Shown: positions 14,309 through 28,577, numbered from the stretch's first letter. The stretch: 64,000 nt of DNA from Octopus vulgaris (GCA_951406725.2 OX597825.1:55986001-56050000), one strand, 5' to 3'. The notes: generated by a model from the sequence alone, not told the origin. Made by a program: numbers and translations.

Positions 14309-14960
14309 CTATGTAAGGAATAGCTCCCTTTGTCGCTGTTATGTAGAGGAAAGCTAAAAGTAATTACTTATTTGTAAATATTTGTGCGAAGCAGTGATGG
14401 AAACTAAACAAATGTTAGGTCATTTCAAATATGCTTAAGGCATATGTCGGTTTGTAAAGGCTTTCTCACGGCATTTACCGTAGAAGAAAAACAAATCTTG
14501 CTTAAGGTAGAAGAAGAAAGTAAGAATCTCATCATCAGTTTAGAGAGCCCTCTGTGAACTAACAGACGCATTTCTAGCTTGTTAGCTGCCTTCAGAGGTA
14601 ATTTTGGTTGGCTAGAACGATTTAGCCTTAGAAAAATAAGTAAACACTGAGTACTAATTTTTGCGCGTAGGCTGCCTCGTTGGAACAATTAATTATTAAT
14701 TACATGAAGCAGTGATGGGAAATAAACAAACTTTGGGTCGGTTCGAATATATTTAGGATATATTTTAACCTTTTTTTCACCAGGAAATTTAATTAAATTT
14801 GTGAGATGTTATCGGCAAAGAAGAAAGCTAAGACTGTTGTGCAGGGAATTTATACAACCATAGCGGAGCAGTGGAAGCAAGACGCGATCATATTCCAGAG
14901 GTCGTAATATTGAAAACACCGTCTACTAATGTGGAGATTTTTCTACGAATTTTGTGTAGG

Positions 14961-15340
14961 CACAGGCATAGCTGTGTGGTTAAGAATCTCGCTTGGCAAT
15001 CTTGTGCTTTCACGTTGTCTCACATGCGGCACCTTGGGCAAGTGTCTTCTACAATACATCCGGACCGATCAATATCTTGCGAGTGAATTTGGTAGACGGA
15101 AACTATGTAGAAGTCCGTCGTATGGATGTTTGTGTCTTTGTACATCTTTATTTTTAGACTCCCTACCACTGCTTGACAACCAGAATTGTTTAACGGTTCG
15201 AAGTGACTGATAGAATAATTACAAGACTTAACCAATAAATAAAGAAATACTGGGATATATTTGCTCGACTAAGCCTTTCAACGCAGTGCCCCAGCATGGC
15301 CACAGTGTAATTACTTAAATAAGTAAAAGTTAAAAGATAC
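14961..15340 (+). mobile_element. SINE family A, diverged
   Basis: gctgtgtggttaag...caccttgggcaagtgtcttctac...ccccagcatggccacag. Confidence 0.85.
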
Positions 15341-15449
15341 TTTGTAGCTAGGTCCTACTTCTAACTACAACAAAATACTGTTTGTAATCAGAAAAGGTGA
15401 CAAACATATTAGACATGTATGAAATTGATAGCCGTACACATACCTCAGA

Positions 15450-16800
15450 CACTTTTCTAAGAATATCTCCAAGAACTATAATAAAACTAACTCGAGTGCA
15501 TACCATGCTATTAATTTAGAATCAAAAGAATTAGCTACCAACACAAGAAGGTAGATGAAACAGTAGAATCTGTAGCATTCAGTGATTCATACATTACATT
15601 TAAAGGTCATAAAGGTAATTTTTTTGGCAGTGTCGAATTCAGATTAATAAATCCGGCTAAAAGTCAAAAAGGTTATGTCAGTAATAATATTTTATATGCC
15701 ATAATTTTTAGCATTAAACAGGTCACGTCTCTTACATTATGTAATAAGAGTGTAGCTGTCATGAAGCGGGTTACTGATATAGATAACAAGTACTTTTCTA
15801 TGTGTATGCAGCTCCATAGAGATGAGTTCTACTATCCACCTATAACTGAATCCTTCTAGGAATCTTCAGGATTCGATAGAGGGTTTTATCACTCTGAAAC
15901 TTAATATTCACTTTTAAGTCAGTAAGTTGTAAAAAAAAAAAAAAAAAAGAGAAGCGGTGTGAATTAACCCCCTTTGAAAAGATAATATTTTATAATTTTA
16001 CCCCTCTACTTTTCTTCCTTAAAAGATTTGCTGTCTTTGAAAAGATAAATGTTAATTCCGTACATGATGTAATCCATCTTTCGATCTATTATCTTCTGAT
16101 ACGTTTTATAAGCGAGACTGGCAAAGGCTCAAAGGTCGGAGGATAAGCTGAAAATACGCCTATTACTATAATTTACTAAGTTTTTCGGATTAGGGGCGGA
16201 TGTTTAGGACATATATTTATATACTGCAATTTCTCGTTGATCTTAATAAAAGGTCTGTAACAAAATGTAATCTAGTTCTAATTCGGATTTTAATAATATA
16301 CTGAGAAATCTTATCTATTTTAAATCATCTGTCTTGAGTTAAGTCTGTTGGTTAGATATTGTTTACTATCACTATAGCTATAGAATGGCACCGATGGAAG
16401 CTGAGTTCTAGAATTAACAGGATTGTACATCATTGGCATACTTCGGCAGAGATTCCGTACTCTAGAGCTGTTCTTACTTTAATCATGTTATACACATTTT
16501 GTGAAGTAAAAACGTTTAAACGACGGATGTTGACTGTAAGACGTTTATCAACATATTCAAAGAAATAGATATAACGATTACAGTTGACGCGAATATAAGA
16601 ATGATTAATTTCTTAGAATTGGATACGGGTAAATACAAACGTTATATTAAAATCAACGCTAAATTGCCGTATATTAATAACTTGTTCTAAACACCCGCCC
16701 AGTAATCCGGAAAATTTAGTAAATAATATTAATAGGCGCATTTTCAGCTTTTTATCTGAGAAGCAAGCCTTTATCTGTGCCACTTATTAGAAAAAGATTA
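15450..16800 (+). pseudogene. Decayed Penelope-like RT fragments
   Basis: SYITFKGHKGNF...FRLINPAKSQKGYVS (15588-15690) and ITVDANIRMINFL...GKYKRYIK...YIN..SKHPP (16575-16700). Confidence 0.7.
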
Positions 16801-17823
16801 AAAGACAATAGATCCAAAGATAGATTACATTATACACGGAATTACCATTTATCTCTCAAAGATGGTGGACCTTTAATGGGAGAAACAAGGGTAAAATCGC
16901 AGCAGACTCATAAAATAACTTTTCAAAGGCAGTTAATTCACATCAGTTCTTGTAATGAGAGATTTTTACGGTTTTTTTTCTTTTTCACAAATTACAGACT
17001 TAAGAGTACGTGTTAAGTTTCACAGTGATATATTTAACGACTCTATCTCCTAGTATTCGTTATATAAAAACCGGGTTTTCCGTGTATGAATGAGTTTATT
17101 GCAAAGAAGGAGCGGGGCATATGACTGGATTACATTCTCAAGTCATGCGATACAATCACAAACATCGATTTTATTGTAAAATCGAACCCCGTCTGTCTAA
17201 TGTATATCTACCCTATAAATCAGAGAGTAAAATTAAGTGGGAGAGATTCTCTCTATTACATTTAGTTGCATTTATGTTATCAAGTCAGGGGAAACGGGAT
17301 TAAGCATTAAAACACAAATATCTCCATCCCCACACGAAACATCTTTAACATGTCTAGAGGAGGTGCAGGGTGGGAGGCAGCTTAAGTATTGGCAAATCTG
17401 TTAATCTTGTCGTACACTACGTGCTTCATTTTGAGTGTCAAGTTAACTCAGGTATTAGAAGTTCAATTGGCTTTTTATTGAAATACATCTAAAAGAGTAA
17501 TATATTTCGAAGCAAGTAATACAATTGTTTCTTCGTTCGTGTTCATGATTTTCCCCGACGGGGCTTGTATTTTAAGCCTCTGATTGCAGATCAATTACAT
17601 TTACTACCGAGACATGTGCATCATTTGTTTTTTGCTACTACCATCCATTTAAATGCGGAGTTGACTATGTCTCCGTCATTTAGATACCAACTGTATTTTG
17701 ATAGTGAAGTGGTGCTGTTTTTTTTAATGAGACTTTCGGTTACTGGCATAACCAGAGTGCTTCATCTTTAGTAACAAAAACTAAGACACATGTATACACA
17801 CACACACACAAATATGTATACAC

Positions 17824-17862
<39 letters not shown>

Positions 17863-17863
<1 letters not shown>

Positions 17864-18244
17864 TCTTTTCCTTGTTTCAGTCCTTTGCCTGCGGCCATGC
17901 TGGAGCACCGCCTTTAGTTGAGCAAATCGACCCCAGGACTTATTCTTTGGAAGCCTTGTACTTATTCTATCGGTCTCTTTTGCCGAACCGCTAAGTTACA
18001 GGGACGTAAACACACCAGAATCTGTTGTCAAGCGATGTTGGGGGGACAAACACAGGCACACAAACATATACACACACATACATATATACGACGGGCTTCT
18101 TTCAGTTTCCGTCTACCAAATCCACTCACAAGGCTTTGGTCGGCCCAAGGCTATAGTAGAAGACACTTGCCCAAGGTGCCACGCAGTGGGAATGAACCCG
18201 GAACCATGTGGTTGGTAAGCAAGCTACTTACCACACAGACACGC
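17863..18244 (-). mobile_element. SINE family A, full length
   Basis: Close reverse-complement match to 3141-3550. Confidence 0.9.
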
Positions 18245-18578
18245 TTTATAATCATTACGTGCATGTTCAATCCTACGGCGTGACATTTTGTGTAAGTATA
18301 TCGTTGCCTTAGCATAGCATTAACCCAAGCCTTTCCGCGAATTTAACCTGAGAATTACCACATGGGTACACGAAACTGTGGGCTACACACGACCATTAAC
18401 AGCAACTAGTTCAGTTACTCGAACATCTGACATGCTCATTGTCAGAATCGACGGAAGATCCATCATCTATGTGTGTGTGTGTTTGTGTGTGCGTGTGTGT
18501 ACGTGCGTGTGTGTATGCACATGTATGCGTCTATGTATATATACATATAGACATAAATATATATACATACGCATAAAC

Positions 18579-18613
<35 letters not shown>

Positions 18614-18869
18614 AACAAACACACACACACACACAAACATATATATATATATATATATATTTATATACAAACAGTCATACACATATATATATATGGGTGT
18701 GTGTACGCTTGACGTATGTGTGTGTGCTCCAGAAGCATGTATGTAAGAGTGAAAGAGAATGTTTCTAGATCTCTAAAGAGCAACAACAGCAACAGAGTGA
18801 TAAAAGCGATGAAAACATCTGAGAAGTTTGTAAAGAAGTGAGAAGTGAGAACAATGTCTAAATATATGG

Positions 18870-19615
18870 CGGCGGGTGGTGGTGGTGGTGGTGGTGGTGG
18901 TGGTGTTGGTGGTGGTGGTGGAGGTGACTGTGGTGCTGGTGGTGGGGTAAAGACCGGTTGGAATTTACTGACAAATGATAGATATGTGGGTATGGGAGTG
19001 AGTGGTGGCGATGGTAGCGGCAGCGGTAGTGGTGGTGATGGCGGTGATGGTGGTAGTGCTAGTGGTGGAGGCGGTTGGGTGATGATAGAGATTGTCGTGT
19101 TTGTGGTGGTAGTGCTAATTGTGGTGTTGGTAGACGTGGTACTACTGGCGGTGGTAGTTGTGGTAATGTTGTGGTGGTGATGGCAGCGATGGTAACGGTG
19201 GTGGTAGTGGTGGTGGTGGTAGTAGTGTTGGCTGTGGTGTTGGTGTTGGGATTGGTGGAGGTGGTGGTGGTGGTGATTGTTTGAGACATGCGGATATAGT
19301 GGTGGAGAAGGTAGAACTGTTTTGGAGGTGGTGGTGGTGGTTCTGCTGGTAGTGATGGTGGTGCTGGTAGTGGTAGTGATGGTGGTGGTAGTGGTGGTAG
19401 TGTTGAGAACCGGTGATGGTGGTGGAAAAAAAATGAGGTGTTGATTTGGTGGTAGGGTTGTATTTCTGGGTGTCGGGGCAATAATAATTTTAGTGTCGTG
19501 GTGGTGGTAGTGGTGGTGTGTTATTTGTAGTGGTAGTAGTAAATGTTTTAGTAATCGTAAATGGGATGGTGCATGTGAAGGTGGTGTAAGTTGCAGCAGC
19601 AGCAGCAACAGCACC

Positions 19616-19680
<65 letters not shown>

Positions 19681-19740
19681 CAGCAGCAGCAGCTGTAGTA
19701 GTAGTAGTAGCAGCAACAGCAGCAGTAGTAGTAGTAGTGT
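18870..19740. repeat. Compound trinucleotide low-complexity tract (GGT/GTA/GCA)n
   Basis: Visible directly; explains the poly-G/P/T/V ORFs. Confidence 0.95.
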
Positions 19741-19969
19741 TTAATCCCAAGTCAACCCTGATCAAATAGACCTAACAATAACAGGCATAGCCCCACCTCT
19801 CCCTGCCATTTCATTGGTTCAAGATTATCCAGAACTGCATTGTCTCAAGTCCTTCTCTGCCTAAATATAAATATAATTAAGAATATACTGAATTGGCTGC
19901 TATTTCATATTTCAGAGGTTCGTTCAGAAAATAGTTTGGGTATTTGTCAGCATTATTATCGGTAGTGGT

Positions 19970-20370
19970 AAGGCGATGAGATGGCAGAATCTTACCAGCA
20001 CCGGACAAAATGCTTAGCCGAGGCCAACTTTATCTTTCGCCCTTACGGGGTCGATAAAATAAGTATCAGTCGATCACTAGGGTCGATATAATCGACTTAA
20101 TCTATCCCCACCAAACACCTGGTCTTGATCCAAAATTTGAAACCAATAGTAATTGTAAAGTTAAGGCAGCGAGCTGACATTATCGTCAGCACGCCGGGCA
20201 TTTCGTCCGTCTTTACGTTCTGAGTTCAAATTCTACCGAGATCAACTTTTTCTTTCATCCTTTTTGGGATCGAGAAAATAAGTACCAGTTGAACATTGAT
20301 TGGGATTGGTGAAAAGGACCTACACCCTTCTACGATCTTGCTGGCCTTGTGTCGAAATTTGAAACCAATA
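19970..20370 (+). mobile_element. Two tandem copies of tRNA-derived SINE family B (19970-20146, 20163-20370)
   Basis: AAGGCGGCGAGCTGGCAGAA-type head, GTTCTGAGTTCAAAT B-box, CTTTCATCC..GGGGTCGATAAAATAAGTACCAG central domain. Confidence 0.85.
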
Positions 20371-20915
20371 TTGGCGGTAGTGGTGGTGGTAGAAGCTGCT
20401 GTTGTTATTAAGCCTAAGGTCGGCTGTGAAAATGCTAACTCAACATCCAAGGTATTCCGGCCATGACCATTTTGTCTTATTTTCAGGAATGATGTACTTT
20501 TGGTTTCCTAATCCAGTGTGCCATTTATTAAAACCAAACAATGAGGTTTCAGGAAGATTAGGTCATCATTTCTGGCAGATCACATGATTACGTAGTAGCA
20601 CCACTTATTTAATATGAGGTAGTGGTGGATGTAGTGAGGAGAATAGCGATATTAGCGGTGGTGGTGGTGGTGGTGGTGGTGATAGTGATGGTATTAATAG
20701 TGACGTGAGTGATAATAATTAACGATAGTATTAGTAAAAGGATGTGGCGTGCTGAGCTGCGGAAGATCACATTTGTTATGTAAAGACAGACATTCATATA
20801 ATAGATGTTACCGATGCAATGCTAGCAATGAAACTTTTGCTATTCTAGGTAGGCCTGTTTATGTAATAACTACAGAGAGATTGAAAGAGAGAGAGAGGGG
20901 GAGAGAGAGGGAGGG

Positions 20916-20948
<33 letters not shown>

Positions 20949-21654
20949 AAGAGAAAGAGAAAAAGAGAGAGTGTGAGAGGGGGTACTGTTCGAGAATGTC
21001 CGTGTCTAGACGAGACGTTAAGCTAGACTAAGTGATTTTAATCCGAACCAATTCCATCTTTTCTGTAAGTGGTATTTCTCCTGAGAATTTAGCAAAACAC
21101 ACTGTTTTGTGTTATAGAATTTCGTTGAAGACTACAAAGATATATATTTATATTAACAAGTTCCTTATCATAGAACTGTATTATCAATTTGCATCAAAAC
21201 CATAAGCTAAACTGACACTTAAAAGAAATTTCCATTAGATTGTATCTGAACATTCCCCCACCAACTTCCCAAGTTACGTAGATATTTCTATATTAACATT
21301 TAATAGTGTTGATGGAAATAAAGAAGAATAGCAAACTTACATTTGTATGATTGTCTTCATGAATGTAAATCCCACAACACGTTGATTTATGGCAGAGCGC
21401 GACTTGAAAAGATTTCATCTTTCTTTGTAGTCTAACTTATTTGTTAAGTGTCACACACTTAGAGAGTCCGATAAATTCTTACTTACATCCTTGTGCATCT
21501 GATTGCACATATCCTCCATTGGGATCGGCGTTGTCTTTTATACTTTGAGGGTCGACACAAAATAAGCCTCATTGAAATGCTGTAGACAATTTCGTTGAGT
21601 ACGATCTGCTCGAACAGTTATGAGCTTCTGACTCAAAGATAAGGGTTACTATTG

Positions 21655-21918
21655 AAGGCGGCGAGGTGGCAGAGGCATAAGCACGTCGGAAAGAAGATTA
21701 GTGGCATTTCATCAAGCTTTACGTTCTGAGTTCAAATTCTGACAAGGCCGACTTTGCCTCTCATCCTTTCAGGGTCGATAAAATTAGTACTGGGCAAGCA
21801 CTAGGGTCGATCTAATAGATTAACCCTACCTCAGCAATTTTCAAGCCTTGTGCCTACAATAGAAAGGATTAAGGGAGTGAGTTGGCTGAACCGTTAGCAT
21901 GCCGGACAAAAATGCTTT
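21655..21918 (+). mobile_element. SINE family B copy followed by a second SINE-B head
   Basis: Full copy 21655-21870, then head aagggagtgagttggctgaaccgttagcatgccggacaaaatgcttt. Confidence 0.85.
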
Positions 21919-23960
21919 GCGTCAGTAGCTTGGTCGGAGAAGTGCAAACGTGCGCAATCCCGAGCAGGTCTACCCACGACAACCTCCTCCTAATGCGATA
22001 CATCATAGAGAGGGCTTGGATTAAAGCTGACTCCGCGGATGTTCTGATCAATTTGGATCAATCGAAAGCATTCGATAGGGTCGACCATCACTATTTGGAA
22101 GCCGTCCTGAAAGCAGGTGTTTTCGGACTCGTTTTCAGAGTCTGGATCGCTGCAATGCACAGCGGCACCTGTTCATTGGTCAAAGTAAATGGTGACCTAT
22201 CGGAGCCGTTTGGCATCGCAGGCTCGGTCCACCAGGGCTGCCGGCTGTCGCCTCTTCTGTACGTATTGGGACTCAATCCACTTCTGCGAAAATTAGAACA
22301 GTTCAGGGGCACCCCTATCGAACTGGGACAAAGAGGGGCATTGTCAACATGCGCGGATGATGTCATTGTCGTAGTGTCGGACGCCTTCGAAGTGGAAACG
22401 CTAAAATCAATACCGACAATCGGTGGATTTGCAGTTGGGCTCCTGCAGATGGAGGACGACGCCATCGGACGGCCTCGTCGGACACTGGACCGAAGGACAA
22501 GTTAAACTGTTCGGGGTCTGGTTTGGTCCCGACCTCCATGTTGATAAGAACTGGGACGATGTGGCGAACAGGGTGGCCAGTCTTACCCAGAAATGCACTG
22601 AGAGGAAGCTGTTCTTGAAAGATCAGGCAAAGGTGGTGAATGCCTACATCGCCTCCGTTATCATTTATCGCCTGACTGTCGTATCTTGTCCCGATTACTG
22701 CTTGACTAGGTTGGAGCGTCACTTATTTAAATTCCTGTGGAAGGGATGCCTTCTAATGGACATGCGGTCAATTTTTATTGCTAGCATCTTCTGAGTGGCG
22801 GATTAAGTATGCCGTAGCTCATAATACGCAGACATGCTCTTAGATTACGCCACATGCAACGATTTCTGGATGGTGAGCGTGTGTAGGCTCCGTTTGTGAG
22901 GCTCGTCCTTCCGCAGCTCATCACTTTGACTGAGTTACAGTCGTGAGTGAAGAAAAGAACGAGACTGGGCACCTGGTACCTAGAATGTCGTCAGGCGCTC
23001 ACAGCTCTCTACCAGTAGGGCAATAGGATCGGTGGATGTTCCGCTTTAGAAATTTATAGAGGTTTAGTGGCGGGTAATTGCGACGACTTTCCCGGAGAGA
23101 TTCTTGGCACCGACAAAAAGGAACCGGCTAGACTGTTCTGGGAGGACTTTCCAGTCTGGAATTATCATGGATAATTTCCAGTTGTCCTTGGCCTGACAGT
23201 GTTACCGAGCGGCGCTACCGGTTCGAGATAAACTCTACAGGCACAAATGTGCTGTCAGACGGACTTGTTCGAGGTGCGCGCAGAGTGATGAAACTGTTCT
23301 GCACATACTAGTTCAGTTCCCGGGCATTGCTGATTACTTGTGGGGTTATGTCGAAAAGCTGCTGTCACGTGTGGGACGCATCTGCCTATCGGCTGAGTCA
23401 GCAGTGACGATTATTCCGTCGCCCTCCTTGAATCGGGAGGGCAAATAAGTTTTCCGTTGCCTGGTGACCGTAGCGAAAGAGGCTGTTTTGTGGACAAGGC
23501 TGAAAGACATGAGGACAGATACATCCGTCTTTGGTAGAGCTCTCATTAACTTCCTCAAGTTTCACTTGGAAAAGAAGCTGAGAGTGGAGAGCGAAGTGTT
23601 GTCCTCGAGTGAGTTTATTGAAATGAGAGGGTGCAAAAATGGTAAGAGTAGATAGTACCTCTCTCAGTGAAGATCTGTAAGTCGGAGAGAAGGAATTGGA
23701 GAGGGAAATCTCAGACACTGGGATTCCTCGATTATCCCTAGAGGTCTTCCTGCATCAGGAGGGCTATATCTCTATCATTCTCACCGCCCCACTTTTTTAA
23801 AAAATCTATGTATATGTTCCTTCTTTTCCTGTGTATACCGACCGTGTATACTTACCTTTCCCTTTAATTTTATCATTTCATTATATGTAAACCCCCAAAC
23901 TTTATGTTTGTCTTTGTATTGTCTCCCTCATCCTTCACCCTTGTGGCAAATAAATGAAAA
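21919..23960 (+). mobile_element. 5'-truncated L1/Tx1-clade LINE (RT to 3' UTR), pseudogenised
   Basis: QTCAIPSRSTHDNL, NLDQSKAFDRVDH, SVHQGCRLSPLLY, CADD, KLFGVWF, C-terminal CSRC..ETVLH Zn knuckle, pyrimidine-rich 3' UTR ending in AATAAA. Confidence 0.9.
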
Positions 23961-23979
23961 CATTATTGTTATTTTTATT

Positions 23980-24170
23980 AAGGTGGCGAGCTGGAAGGAT
24001 CGTTAGAACGCCAGGCAAAATGTTTAGAGTTATTTGGTCTGCCGCAACGTTCTGAGTTCAAATTCTGCCGTGTCGACTTTGCCTTTCATCCTTGAGAACT
24101 GGGGTTGATGTGATCGATTGTCTCCCTTCCCACAAAATTCAGGCCGTGTGTCTATTGTAGAAAGGATTAT
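23980..24170 (+). mobile_element. SINE family B with (ATT)n tail
   Basis: Head and GTCGACTTTGCCTTTCATCC domain. Confidence 0.85.
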
Positions 24171-24172
24171 TA

Positions 24173-24248
<76 letters not shown>

Positions 24249-24341
24249 CATCATTATTATTATTAAGAAAGCAGTGCATGCCATGAAAGTGACGCTGGGG
24301 TAAAATATACGAAGCCCAGTATACTCATCATGACAACCCGA

Positions 24342-24376
<35 letters not shown>

Positions 24377-24399
24377 CATGGAATCTATTTGACAGTTTG

Positions 24400-24860
24400 C
24401 ATAAAAAGAAAAGAAAATACAATATTCTACCCCAAAATAAAAGAATTTTTTTAAAATTCAAAAAAAGATACCAACTAGATCATGGCTGGGAGATAAAAGT
24501 TAACCTAGGGTAGCCGCCCAGGCTTCCACCAGAAGATCAAGACTGCTACAGAACCTATCGCTAACGTTCCTCACTGTCCCTGGAATGATCTTTGAACATC
24601 GCCTTGGTCTTGGCCACTAGCTCGGCCTTGGTGTTGCGGGTAGAGCATGGCTGGTAATTTTCTCAACTGCACTCTACATATCGTAATACTTGGAATAAAA
24701 ATCGGAGGATTTTGGAGGCCAGAAATTGAGAGTGGTGAAATAGAAATTTTCCGACAACCACTTCTGATTCTTTTCAGAGGCATGGCAAAAAGCCAAATCT
24801 TACAACCATAAATATGGCTTCCTAGCAGCAACTCTCACTTGCTAGGGTTTTACCTCGGTC
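24400..24860 (-). pseudogene. Tc1/mariner (maT-like) transposase C-terminal fragment
   Basis: Minus strand reads ENFYFTTLNFWPPKSSD...AVEK...TKAELVAK. Confidence 0.55.
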
Positions 24861-25827
24861 TACAGCAGCCTCAGATACCCTCTGTATTCAGCTTAAAGCT
24901 TTCTTCAAACATGGACTGGGATAGCAGCATGACTTTATGCAACTGGTACTGGTAGAAGTTCTTTTGCATATTATCCTTATAACTTTCAAAAATATCTTTT
25001 AGATATTATATTCTATATTATATCTAATGTGAATAATAGAATGCATCCAATATTAATAATATTAGTAATAACTGATTATTGTGTATGCTTATAAATGCAG
25101 ATATGTATGTACATTTAAGTATATATATATAAATACTTATGTATTGTTTCTATTTAAGTATTTTTTTTGATGAAATTTTTCTGTAAAAAAATCTTCATCC
25201 TATATTAGTAGAAGATTTATTACTATTCGCTATAAGGACTGGTAACCACTATAAGTGGTTCACACGTGTGCTGAGGCTAACCAAAGGATTTTATATTTAG
25301 ATATATCTGGGGTACTTATGTGTACACATGACTTTTGCTTCGGCTTTTTTCCATGGGTGGATGTAAGTATTTCATTTATTTCTATTCGTATTTTCTACTG
25401 ACGAGAAAAAAATCTATTTTGAGATTAATTCCGAAATTGATCCAATATAGAAATAACGAACGTTTTAAAAACTTCTATTGGTTAGCTTTCCTCGATTTCA
25501 GCATAACCTATTTCTGTAGCGGGTATATAATAATATGTGGAAATTGACGATTTAAAAGTCTGTTATCAGCATATTGGCATAGAAATAATTTTCTTTTGTC
25601 ATTGTTGATAAGTTGTTTATAATTTTAACCTTTAAAGGTACTTTAATACGCTGCCAATTTTTTTTCGATGAAATCTTTTCTGTAAAAAATCTTCATCCTA
25701 TATTAGTAGTAAGTATTTATGTATATTTATATATGTATGTATATGTATATCTATAAATATAAGTTATTAAATGTGTGCGTATTTTTATTTATTTTATACG
25801 TATTTATAACTTAACATTATGTACTTT

Positions 25828-25957
25828 ATAATCTCTGACGAAGCCTAGAGTAATACCCAAGTACCTCAATTTCATCTTACCTGTTACTTCAGTCTTCTTG
25901 AGCAATAAAGGTAGAATGAGGTATTTTTACCTCTTGGCTGAAACAACTGTAAGTTAT
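25828..25957 (+). ncRNA. Type I hammerhead ribozyme with ~100-nt stem II
   Basis: ATAATCT-CTGACGA-AGCCTAGAG...GTACCTCA...TGAGGTAT...CTCTTGGCT-GAAA-CaactG-TA-AGTTAT; canonical core, GUA triplet. Confidence 0.75.
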
Positions 25958-26249
25958 TTTCCCAATCTATATTCATGTATGTTATTTTGTAATAATTACT
26001 GGTATCCTTATATTTGAATATATTTTATATCTTATATGTAAAGCATAATATGTTATACATGTATGAATATTCTTGTAATTGTCAGTTTAGTAAATAAATA
26101 AATAAATTAATATAATTTAATGTCTAAAAGTTGATGAACCACCTATTGAACCCCTCCGTATTGCTATGTATATATAGTATATATATATATATTTATGTGT
26201 ATATATATATTCATATATATATGTGTATGTATATATATGTATATATATT

Positions 26250-26412
26250 TGATGGTTTTATTTCTGTTTTTGTCTACGAGATCAACTCACAAGGCTTTGC
26301 CCAGCCCGAGGCTATAGTAGAAGACACTAACCCAAAGTGCTACGAAGTAGGACTGTACACGGAAACATGTGGTTGGGAAGCAATTTTTTTTTACCACTCC
26401 ACGCCTGCGCCT
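26250..26412 (-). mobile_element. SINE family A, 5' half, diverged
   Basis: cacaaggcttt..gaggctatagtagaagacact..catgtggttgggaagc. Confidence 0.8.
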
Positions 26413-26824
26413 GTGTGTGTGCGTGCATATGTGTGTGTGTATATGTCTTTATGTATGCATGTATATTCGTGAGAATAATGTGTTTGTTACCGGTTGTGTG
26501 TATCAATTATGCATATGTTTACACCGCTTAAAAGAACCGATATTATTTACGTTGCAGTTGTTTCCTTTATATTCTTTAAATTAGATACTTGGTAAATAGA
26601 GACCAACATATAAATATAGCTCATACAACCAATTTCAACTCGAATGAACAAAAGAAAGGAAAACAGTTGGAAGTGTTGCCCCAGTATGGTTACACTCTAG
26701 TGGCTCGGATTACTTAAAGAATAAAAGAATACTTTCACCAAATATAGAATAATTGCACCGACAATCTATACCACTTTACGTTACATAATTTTCTCAACCC
26801 ACGAATAGTATCCGACGCGTTAAT

Positions 26825-26892
<68 letters not shown>

Positions 26893-27356
26893 TTATATAT
26901 ATATATATGTGTGTGTGTATATATATATGTATATATATATGTATATCTTTCCGACACAGGCGTACGCGTACACTCAAAATGGCTGCCTAAACAACAATAA
27001 AGTATAATTCGGATTAAAAGAAGTCTGTTAATAGGAAACGAACTGGCGTCTGTTCGGCTAACAATCAGTGCGAAATATTGTCACCGATGACCGGCAGGTG
27101 GCTCCCTTGTCTTGTGTTCAAAAGGTTATTACAAGAGAAACATTTGTTATTTATTACTAACAAATGAGATTCGATGCAAACCTCAGTAACGAGATTTGTG
27201 AGTAGGTTAATCAGTAAGATTGGAATTCGATAGAGATGAGATATCACATGTGTTCTGAAAATATCAACATACACATACACACCATACATACATACATATA
27301 TACATGCATACATACATACATACATACATACATACATACGTACATACATACATACA

Positions 27357-27390
<34 letters not shown>

Positions 27391-27575
27391 CATATATACA
27401 TACAAACCCAAACAGGATAGCTATCTGTATGTATGCACAAAAGGACACAGACAGATATAGACATACAGAGGCAGTCATAGGTACAAACACATCGACCCAC
27501 ATATTGAGTAACTATATACAGAAATATATATATATATATGTATATACATATATATATACATATATATATATATAC

Positions 27576-27670
<95 letters not shown>

Positions 27671-27677
27671 TATATAC

Positions 27678-27755
<78 letters not shown>

Positions 27756-28114
27756 GCATATATATATATATACATTTGTATGTATAAGTATATATATATA
27801 TATATAATGATGTGTCTATATATGTACGTATTATACAAACATACATATTATACATATAAAGAACACACGTACACACACATATATATGTATATTATGTGTG
27901 TATGCATGTATGTATTATACAAGCATATATGTGTGCGTGTGTGTGTGTCTGTTTATAGAAGTATGTATATTTATAAACATAGACACGTATGTGTATGTGT
28001 GTATATATATATATATATGCGTATATGTATGTACATATGCATTACACATGTATGCATACGCATACACACACATACACCCACTGACGTATCTATATATACG
28101 TGTGTGTGAGTGTA

Positions 28115-28175
<61 letters not shown>

Positions 28176-28541
28176 ATATATGTATATATATATAAACGTA
28201 TACAAATATGTGTGACAGTGTATGTATATATTTGTGTGTATGTGTGTGTTTTATGGGCATGCGTATGTATGTCAGTGAGCGTGATGAGTTTCTATTGATG
28301 ATGTAGCAAGTGCAATCGTCGAAGTAATCCTGACTGCTGATTTGGTGTGAAGGTGGTGGATTACATGAGGTGTAATTTAATAATTGATATTGATGTCGAA
28401 GAGCGATGGTGGGAGGGAGCAGTGAGAAACTGTCAGGAACAGAGGGTAAGTTGGCAGGTTCACAAGTACAACAATATAAGGATCAATTGTCAGGAATATT
28501 TTAATACATAAATACGTATACACACACACATGTATGTAAGT

Positions 28542-28577
<36 letters not shown>

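Noticed and set aside
18661-19765. 351-aa Pro/Thr/His-rich ORF and overlapping Gly/Val-rich ORFs
   Set aside because: Trinucleotide low-complexity tract open in several frames on both strands; no domain evidence
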